Of a stretch of DNA of 64,000 nucleotides, positions 57,343 to 64,000 are shown one piece after another. The notes under the pieces were generated by a model. That model was not told the DNA's origin. It did no database searches and worked only from the letters and a program-made list of their open reading frames with translations. The stretch comes from Candidatus Bathyarchaeota archaeon. GTDB lineage: Archaea; Thermoproteota; Bathyarchaeia; 40CM-2-53-6; RBG-13-38-9. Made by a program: the position numbers and the translations under genes. The stretch is taken from assembly GCA_963807605.1 (NCBI GenBank), contig CAWECG010000004.1, positions 599,090-663,089 of the forward strand. Reading direction: 5' to 3'. The first letter of the stretch is position 1. Each line of letters begins with the position of its first letter.

Positions 57343-58086
57343 CTACGAATGATCCCATTTTACTGTGAAGCTTGTGCCACCAGTAAGTCCTGATGGCTGG
57401 GCCTTGATAGTTCCGGTGGATGTTGTCATGGTTAGTGCATCATATTTCCATGCAGCATCGTTTATGTTGCCGGTGTGTCCGTTCAGAGTTGCTTGAGCGT
57501 TTTTGAAAGTAACAGTTCCAAAGTCTGCTAGTGGTAGAACTCCACCTGAGGAGGGTGCCTCTGCGATCCATTCAGCAGACGTTCTCTTAGCATTTGGCAG
57601 TGTCTGAGTTGTCGAGAAAGTTGTTTTGGCTGTGACATCGTTGATTGTCAACACGAAGCTACTCGGAGCCGAATATTTGACTTCCGCAGTGATTGAATCT
57701 CCTGGATGAATTGTCATCTTTATTGTTGCAGAAGATTTAGGATACATTTCATACCAGGCATAGTATGTTGGTGTGCCTGAAGGGGAGTCAGAATCTGTTC
57801 CTATCTGCTCAACAGTATTGGAGGAGTAGCCGTCTATCCCGATCCAAAAAGATGAATATCCGTTTGGCTTGGCTGAGACTGACGGGACTGTCCAGGTGCC
57901 TTTCACATCTGTTACTGCTCCAGTCTGAGGTTTGCTAAGACTTGTTTCAACTGCATAACCTGACCAGTTCAGGCTTGTTCCGTCTTTTATGTGAATCCTT
58001 GGAGCATGGTCTAAAAGCGGTCCTGAAGACGCTAAAGATGGAGTAAGCAAAATGGCCAGTATCAATAAGGCATAAACAGACTTCAT
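57343..58086 (-). CDS. secreted G1-family (eqolisin-like) glutamic peptidase
   Basis: Start at the internal Met gives signal peptide MKSVYALLILAILLTPSLA. NWSGYAV (catalytic Gln region), WIGIDG, and AEWIAEAP (catalytic Glu region) match G1 peptidases. Confidence 0.55.
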   Translation of the reverse strand: MKSVYALLILAILLTPSLASSGPLLDHAPRIHIKDGTSLNWSGYAVETSLSKPQTGAVTDVKGTWTVPSVSAKPNGYSSFWIGIDGYSSNTVEQIGTDSDSPSGTPTYYAWYEMYPKSSATIKMTIHPGDSITAEVKYSAPSSFVLTINDVTAKTTFSTTQTLPNAKRTSAEWIAEAPSSGGVLPLADFGTVTFKNAQATLNGHTGNINDAAWKYDALTMTTSTGTIKAQPSGLTGGTSFTVKWDHS

Positions 58087-58134
58087 AACTAGGAATTCCG
58101 CCACTGAACACTTAAAATTATCGCAGACGCGCTT

Positions 58135-58623
58135 TCTAGGCGCGAGCTTCGGGATATCTATCAGCCACAAAACCATCCACAAGATCCTTGTCAAAGCGGG
58201 GTTGAACAACTCCACCTCCAAACCCAGAAGAGTCTGGGGCAGGACCTGGTTCGAGCGGCCGTACAGCAACAACCTATGGCAAACCGACTTTAAGCTCACA
58301 TGGGCTGATGAGTGGGGGGGTCAGTTATCTGGACGATCTAGCCGTTTCGTTACAGGCTCAAGAATCCATCATGATCCAACAGCTAAACACGCCATCAAAC
58401 TCTTGAAGAAATCCATGAAACAGTGCGGGAAGCCAAAGATCTGACCGATCGAGGAATACAATTCTATCCAGGAAGAGGGGAAGGGCCCTCAACATTCACA
58501 GAGTTCTGCATGGGAAACGGTATACAACACATCGTTGCGAGCGTAAGAAGACCATCAATAATAGGTAAGATAGAAGTCCACAAAGCTTACAAATACGAAG
58601 CCTCGATGTTCCCAAACCAATAA
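58135..58623 (+). pseudogene. DDE (rve integrase-core) transposase remnant, IS481-like, frameshifted
   Basis: ISHKTIHKILVKAGL (HTH), NNLWQTDFKL (N-terminal DDE D region), GIQHIVASVRRPSIIGKIE (C-terminal rve). Spread over three frames. Confidence 0.5.
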
Positions 58624-58759
58624 TTCGTGAACTACTGGTACTACTAGCGACCACACCAAGGAGTAAGCTATCTATACCCCGCAGACGTATAATTCAGAGA
58701 CCTAAGGAAAGGGACAAATGAGAGTAGCTAAGACAGTGGCATGATAAGGAGAGTTAGAC

Positions 58760-59425
58760 TTGAGTAGGATGACATGGTTGAGGATGGTATGCGCCTTTGT
58801 CATAGTCCTGCTTATTTTCTTCTCAATCATAGCGTCGGCGACAGCCCAAGGCAAGCCAATTAACGTGGGTTTGGCTGCTGGCCTACCTCTGCCGATTGGG
58901 CAAACCTCCACCGTCACCGTCTCGGTTCAGGACATCTCGAACAGCTCGGTACAGATTATGTTCGTTGGACTTCGTTTTGACTGGAATAAACCAGGCGATT
59001 TCTACGTCGGCGATAGTAGTGACAAAGGGGCAATGTTGGCTGCTACTGAACAAGTGACATACAAAATACGGGTGGCGGTTCCTGACAATGCTTCGGCTGG
59101 AACTTACAAGCTTACTACATATGTCAGGTATCGTCTATCAGTAAGAGGGAATTGGACAAGTGCGATTGGAGCGAATTGGGTGTCAGATGTTCCGCTTGAC
59201 TATCCTAAGACTCAAAGCCAACAAACCAGCATTCAAAGCCAAGCTCAAAGTCAGAGCACTTCGGAGCAAGGAGGAACACAGCAAACATATAACCTGTCAA
59301 CTTACGGGATCGCAGCTATCGTAGCACTGGTCATAATCGTCGGAATCGCTCTATCTATTGGTCGTGTCAGGCGTCTTGAAGGAAAGCGGAAACGGGTTCC
59401 AAGCTCGGATTTGAGAAACTCCTAA
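58760..59425 (+). CDS. surface-anchored protein with N-terminal signal/TM, beta-rich domain, Gln/Ser-rich linker and C-terminal TM anchor
   Basis: The VGLRFDWNKPGDFY...VAVPDNASAGTYKLTTYVRY domain resembles VGLHFDWDPDGKYN...FTVPQNADLGYHFYDVKVQY near the C-terminus of 10428..12566. Confidence 0.5.
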   Translation: MSRMTWLRMVCAFVIVLLIFFSIIASATAQGKPINVGLAAGLPLPIGQTSTVTVSVQDISNSSVQIMFVGLRFDWNKPGDFYVGDSSDKGAMLAATEQVTYKIRVAVPDNASAGTYKLTTYVRYRLSVRGNWTSAIGANWVSDVPLDYPKTQSQQTSIQSQAQSQSTSEQGGTQQTYNLSTYGIAAIVALVIIVGIALSIGRVRRLEGKRKRVPSSDLRNS

Positions 59426-59686
59426 TGTTGGTGGACATAGGAAATCGGTCCAGGTAGTGCGGTGGAATCTCACCCCCTGCTTAGATCATCTCGTCTTGGA
59501 TAAGGAGCGACGTGACAACATGAAGCTGGGCGGAAATGTCTTTGAGAATGTGGGAGACCCAGGAACTGAATCGACCTACGTCTGAATCTCCTGACCAAGG
59601 AATAGTTCACGAAACGTTGGGTTCGTAGGTGGACTGCACGTGGACACTAGAGTGGTATTGGCTGACCAGGCGAGGTCGTAACGCCA

Positions 59687-60451
59687 GTGTGGGGTCGATC
59701 GGAGACTGAACGGTACGATAGACTTCACGAACTTTGGCAGATAGACCGCTACCGAGATTTCAGTCCGTTCTATTCGGCTCGTAAACGGATTATTGAAAGG
59801 CTTATAGCCGAGAATACGACGCGTGGGATTTTCGTTCTGGATGTCGGCTGTGGGACAGGGAATATCGTGCGCTTCTTGGGTTCGCGAGCTGACTTCTACT
59901 TGGGAATCGATGTGTCAAGGCGCGCGTTGAAGGAGGCATCAAAGAAATTCAGGGGCGCCTCTTTTTTGCTCGCGGCGGCGAATGCCCTACCAATCAAAGA
60001 GGAGAGATTTGACTTGGCAGTTTGCACCGAGGTTCTCGAGCATTTGGAAGCTGATGCTCAGGCGGTGAACGAGATATTGAGGGTTCTCAGAAAAGATGGT
60101 TTGGCGCTTCTAACGGTTCCTCAGAACCCGAAGTATTGGACAGATGAGGATGCATTCGATCATCATCTGCGCAGATATGAAGCATCTGATTTTGCACGCA
60201 TGCTTCAGAGTCAGGATTTGAAGATTGAGAAGTTTTTAAGTTGGGGATTTCCGCTCGCCTACCTGTTCCGTAAGTACGTATCAACGAGGCTATTCAATGC
60301 TGGACTCCATGAGTCCTTGTCGATGAGGAAAGAATGGGCTGTGAGGGTAATGACTAAGGTTCTGGCCCAGATGTTTCGTTTCGACAATCTCTTCAACGAC
60401 CTCAGCTTGGGTTTAGGGATTGTCGCTGTTGCAAGAAAAGTTGCCTCCTGA
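59687..60451 (+). CDS. class I SAM-dependent methyltransferase
   Basis: VLDVGCGTGN (motif I), acidic LGIDVS, methyltransferase type-11-like. Confidence 0.65.
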   Translation: MWGRSETERYDRLHELWQIDRYRDFSPFYSARKRIIERLIAENTTRGIFVLDVGCGTGNIVRFLGSRADFYLGIDVSRRALKEASKKFRGASFLLAAANALPIKEERFDLAVCTEVLEHLEADAQAVNEILRVLRKDGLALLTVPQNPKYWTDEDAFDHHLRRYEASDFARMLQSQDLKIEKFLSWGFPLAYLFRKYVSTRLFNAGLHESLSMRKEWAVRVMTKVLAQMFRFDNLFNDLSLGLGIVAVARKVAS

Positions 60452-60520
60452 CGAATCGTCTGGTAGCAAATGCACTTGTGACAGTAGGTCAAACGTTTTC
60501 AGCGCTTCTTAGTGTCGGAA

Positions 60521-61906
60521 TTATCCGAAGGGCCTAACAGGAAAGAACCAGAGGAAAAATGCTAGGCCAGCCAGGACATAGACTGCAAGAAGAGCTTTTC
60601 CCCAACGTAGCATTTTGAAGGTAAATCCCAGGCCTAGAGCAATGAATGGCAGCGTGTATATCATGTAGTAGTTGAAGCCGATCTTGTGGGAGATCATGTC
60701 GAGAATAGCCCATGGAAGGTAGTTCGATGCGATCCCGACTGCTATGAAGAAAGCAGTTTCCACCTCTTTCCTGCGTGTGAATGCAAACGCCACTGCAGCT
60801 GCGACGAGCCATATTCCGTACCACAATGGAAGACTCGCCTGAGGACGATACCAGATTGGTATATATTGGGTGCGGATACCGCCTGATGTGGTAATGTAAC
60901 TCGTGCTAAAGTATGTTGGCGAGTTGAATGGGTCAACAGGAAGAATCCACAGTAGTGGATGGAAGAACGGTTCATCTGATGCGTTGAGGCCTAATGTAAC
61001 CTGAACATTTTCAATGTAAAGTAGATGTTGAATTGGGTTGGTTATCAGCTCTTGGCTTGTACTCTGACTTGTGCTAAAGATGGTTGTGAGAGCAGTCCCA
61101 TTGGGACTGACATTGATTGTGGGATAAACGTAGTTTGTGATAGATGTTGTCGCAACGGGTCTATATGCGGCGTCATAGATCCAGAAGAGGCTAGCGAAAA
61201 CTAGCAATGCGATCAAGGTGTAACGTAGACCAATCTTCAGGGCTGGTTTCAAAGAATGCCTATTGACGAACAGGTGGTAGAGGGCCAACGTAGCAAACGT
61301 GAACATGGCCATTTCTCTTGACAGAAACGCTAAACCCAAGCTTGCGGCAGACCAGCCGTAGTGTCTTCGGAAGTAGAGTTCAATGGCTAGAAACCCGAAT
61401 AGGAAGCTAGGCATGTCGATTAGCAGCAAGCCTCCATGAATAAAGAAGACGGGGTCGAGGGCAAGGAGCATCGTCGCACCTAGTGCCCACGGGTTACCGA
61501 GGAAGCGTCTCGCTATGAGGTAGAAGAGATACAGCACCGCTAATTGCATAATTACTTGGGGGAAACGCCACCCAAACCAATTATTCCCAAAAGCTGCAAT
61601 GCCCAGTGCGCCGATAATCTTGGGTAATGGTGGGTGTGCTGGATTTACGTCAATTCCCTGCAAGGTCTTCAGACTAGCCGGCACATAGTAAGTTTCATCG
61701 AAAACAAGGCTGCCGTTGGAGGGAAAAGCGATTTGAAGCATGTGAGCTGCAAAGTACAATAGCAAAAAGTCTCTGATGTTGAACTTGCTGAGGAGGTTGA
61801 TGCTGTAAGTCCAGATGCGTGGGAGGTTCAAGTCGGTTCCTACCCTCATACCTTTGACACTTCGGCTAGAATCTTGGGATGAGGTAGTGCGGGTGCGAAT
61901 GGCCAC
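60521..61906 (-). CDS. GT-C fold glycosyltransferase, GT39/PMT-like (paralog 2)
   Basis: LVFDETYYVPAS, HPPLPK. Aligns along its whole length with 32958..34301. Confidence 0.6.
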   Translation of the reverse strand: MAIRTRTTSSQDSSRSVKGMRVGTDLNLPRIWTYSINLLSKFNIRDFLLLYFAAHMLQIAFPSNGSLVFDETYYVPASLKTLQGIDVNPAHPPLPKIIGALGIAAFGNNWFGWRFPQVIMQLAVLYLFYLIARRFLGNPWALGATMLLALDPVFFIHGGLLLIDMPSFLFGFLAIELYFRRHYGWSAASLGLAFLSREMAMFTFATLALYHLFVNRHSLKPALKIGLRYTLIALLVFASLFWIYDAAYRPVATTSITNYVYPTINVSPNGTALTTIFSTSQSTSQELITNPIQHLLYIENVQVTLGLNASDEPFFHPLLWILPVDPFNSPTYFSTSYITTSGGIRTQYIPIWYRPQASLPLWYGIWLVAAAVAFAFTRRKEVETAFFIAVGIASNYLPWAILDMISHKIGFNYYMIYTLPFIALGLGFTFKMLRWGKALLAVYVLAGLAFFLWFFPVRPFG

Positions 61907-62705
61907 ACGAAGCAGTCGAATAATTGCGTAAGATACTTTGATTCAATGAGCTCAAGCTTCCGGATTTCCAGTTCACAGAGTTGGATGAAGTTCCTAATAT
62001 GCTAAGCGTCCTACCAGTTTTCAGAATTCATCTTCCTCTGACAGATACGGGGTCGTGTTCGTTGTTTTGCCCGCGTTCGTCTACCCAGTCAGGCCTATCT
62101 TGATCAAGAATGTTCCGGTACGCTTGACGTTGGGCCGATATTACAAGTTGATGGCGGTCTCGGCAAAGGGTTGTTAACGGTCAATGTGTCCGGCGGTCGC
62201 CCAAAATAGCTCGGGTCGATTTGGTGGTGTATCAACCGCTGCCAGGAACAAGATTCATATGACGACCCTCGAAACCCCACAGCGGGAGTCGGCCCTCTCG
62301 GAACAGGTGTGAACCCTAGACACTGTGACCGCAAGGGAGTGGCGGCGTCTAGTTGGACATTACGACAGGGACAGCGCTCCCACCAAGGGCCTCAGGCACA
62401 AACACTAACGGGTTTTTGGCCAGCAAGGAATGACAGACTAGTGGTGAAGAAGCCAGTAGACAAGACGGTATGACGGAGGTTGAGGGTTCAAAATGGTCAC
62501 GCTGACTATGAGCCCCTTCGGGTCGTCCCTGATTGACAGGTGGAGGGCGCTTCGTTGGTATGTCTTCCACGGAAGATGCTGACTGCGTTATGTCTAGCTG
62601 CATATTCAGGCTTGGAAATACTGTGAAATCCGCCGAACATCCGCCTCCGTGTAGACGAATGAAAGATGGGGATCAGAGGCGCGTCGGTAGAGAATCAGGG
62701 TGGTG

Positions 62706-64000
62706 TTAGGGCCCTCCGGGTCCTGGGGGTCCTGGCGGTCCTGGGGGTCCTGCGGGTTGCTGTACGGTGTTCCAAGCGTTGTCGTAGTCGTTTATCGCGT
62801 CGGCAGAGTGTTGTGGTGGATTGTTTGCAGCGTCCTGGTCGCCCTTGCTAAGTTGGTTCTGTGCCTGAGTTATCTTGTTCGGATTTTCTTTTGCAGTGAT
62901 GGCGTCGTTGATCGCGGTTAAAGCTAACTGTCGGTCAGCGCCGACTAGTTGGTTGATGAGGCTTTGCAATGTGCTCTTGTCAACTTGGCTCTTTGGATCC
63001 TTGATCATATCAGTCAAGGTTCTGACGACATCTGCCTCATCTTTGAAGACCTTGTCGCCTTGCTTCGCGCTCAAGTGGGAGGAATCAACCCAATCGGCTG
63101 GGCTGAGCGAGTCTTGCATGGAGGAGATAGCCTTGTCTAGTCTATCTTGGTCGGGCTTGAAGGTTGCCGTCGAGCGCAGTGAAACTAGGGTTTGGAGCAC
63201 GCTATTCTTGACATCCTTCGGCATCGCTCCTGTAGAAGTTTGAGTCTGAGTCACGGTTGTGGTTTCTGTAAGAGTATTGGTGACCGTAGCGGATTCGGTG
63301 GCGGTCTGAGTAGTCGTAGCCAATTTTGTGACAGGGCTCGTCACAGTAGCTGACTCAGTAGCAGTATTCGTCACCGTAACGTAGACGCTTGCAGTATTAG
63401 CTAGAGTAGAAGACGCTGTAGCCGTGTTAGTAACAGTAGCGGATTCGGTTGCAGTGTTAGTGATAGTAGCAGACTCTGTGGCGGTCTGAGTAGTCGTAGC
63501 CAATTCAGTAGCAGTATTAATCACAGTAGCCGACTCGAAAGCGGTGTTAGCGACTGTTGTAGACTGAGTAGCAGTATTCGTCACAGTAGCTGACTCAGTA
63601 TCCGTATTCGTAATCGTGGCAGACTGAGTATCAGTGTTAGTAATCGTAGCAGACTGAGTATCCGTATTCGTAATCGTAGCAGACTGAGTATCCGTATTCG
63701 TAATCGTAGCAGACTGAGTATCCGTATTCGTAATCGTAGCAGACTGAGTATCCGTATTCGTAATCGTAGCAGACTGAGTATCCGTATTCGTAATCGTAGC
63801 AGACTGAGTATCCGTATTCGTAATCGTAGCAGACTGAGTATCCGTATTCGTAATCGTAGCAGACTGAGTATCCGTATTCGTAATCGTAGCAGACTGAGTA
63901 TCCGTATTCGTAATCGTAGCAGACTGAGTATCCGTATTCGTAATCGTAGCAGACTGAGTATCCGTATTCGTAATCGTAGCAGACTGAGTATCCGTATTCG
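62706..64000 (-). CDS. Thr/Ser-rich 10-aa-repeat protein with helical C-terminal domain and collagen-like tail (N-terminus beyond window end)
   Basis: Reverse strand encodes (TQSATITNTD)n / (TATESATVTN)n repeats, then a helical region (…DKAISSMQDSL…LALTAINDAITAKENPNK…), ending ...QQPAGPPGPPGPPGPGGP*. The reading frame is open to the window edge. Confidence 0.6.
   Translation of the reverse strand, partial: NTDTQSATITNTDTQSATITNTDTQSATITNTDTQSATITNTDTQSATITNTDTQSATITNTDTQSATITNTDTQSATITNTDTQSATITNTDTQSATITNTDTQSATITNTDTQSATITNTDTQSATITNTDTESATVTNTATQSTTVANTAFESATVINTATELATTTQTATESATITNTATESATVTNTATASSTLANTASVYVTVTNTATESATVTSPVTKLATTTQTATESATVTNTLTETTTVTQTQTSTGAMPKDVKNSVLQTLVSLRSTATFKPDQDRLDKAISSMQDSLSPADWVDSSHLSAKQGDKVFKDEADVVRTLTDMIKDPKSQVDKSTLQSLINQLVGADRQLALTAINDAITAKENPNKITQAQNQLSKGDQDAANNPPQHSADAINDYDNAWNTVQQPAGPPGPPGPPGPGGP
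63601..64000 (-). repeat. 30-bp tandem repeat (TCCGTATTCGTAATCGTAGCAGACTGAGTA)n, at least 11 perfect copies, continuing beyond the window
   Basis: Direct reading of 63661-64000 shows identical 30-mers. Units at 63601 and 63631 carry 1 and 3 mismatches. More degenerate 30-nt units extend back to ~63250. In-frame coding for 10-aa repeats. Confidence 0.9.

Noticed and set aside
62100-62705. RNase P RNA, SRP RNA or group II intron in the GC-rich gap
   Set aside because: No GGAAAGUCC/P4-like motif and no domain-V-like GAGC...GNRA...hairpin on either strand by eye. Left as an unexplained region.
63601-64000. Perfect 30-bp direct repeats as a possible CRISPR array
   Set aside because: There are no spacers between repeats. 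The units are contiguous and in-frame, coding for a decapeptide repeat.

Overview
This 64-kb window looks like an archaeal accessory region. The gene content points that way: TrmB-family regulator, F420-type LLM oxidoreductase, DUF1614, PD40 surface protein, G1 peptidase, lipoate ligase and dihydrolipoyl dehydrogenase, at roughly 45-50% GC. It is heavily colonised by IS200/IS605-type OMEGA elements. I see three TnpB-only families (A, B, C) sharing an IS608-like end architecture with subterminal CCCAC...GTGGG hairpins. Family A has four apparently full-length tnpB copies (one with a shifted N-terminal frame) plus one frameshifted copy, all inserted 3' of TTAC. Family B has one intact copy, one frameshifted copy and one solo 3' fragment. 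Family C has one copy. Both A and C have ~50-bp miniature derivatives where the left-end start is fused to the right-end terminus. There is also one IS607-type element (serine-recombinase tnpA plus tnpB), a 5'-truncated Y1 TnpA remnant, and a DDE (rve) transposase pseudogene. One element carries an HNH-less IscB homolog (IsrB-like, about 338 aa) whose left-end hairpin lies inside the 3' end of a CPBP protease gene. The IS copies sit among four VapBC-like (AbrB antitoxin plus PIN) toxin-antitoxin modules. One vapC has been truncated by an insertion. One TA cassette is bracketed by two inward-facing left ends. One insertion lies downstream of an MNT nucleotidyltransferase gene next to a short helical ORF (possible HEPN-like remnant). 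The remaining cargo is a glycosylation and cell-surface set: three paralogous GT-C/GT39 (PMT/ArnT-like) glycosyltransferases, a GT4, two SAM methyltransferases and a Wzx-like flippase. One GT39 sits next to a very Thr-rich protein made of 10-aa repeats, with at least 11 perfect 30-bp copies running off the window edge, that ends in a collagen-like GPPGPPGPPGPGGP tail. Housekeeping and other genes include a partial bacterial-type homospermidine synthase, TspO, MFS and ABC transporters, lipoate-protein ligase, dihydrolipoyl dehydrogenase-like oxidoreductase, nitroreductase, glutaminyl cyclase, G1-family peptidase, a PD40 beta-propeller surface protein and a GNAT. I found no rRNA, tRNA or CRISPR array. 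A GC-rich, ORF-poor ~600-nt stretch at 62.1-62.7 kb is unexplained.
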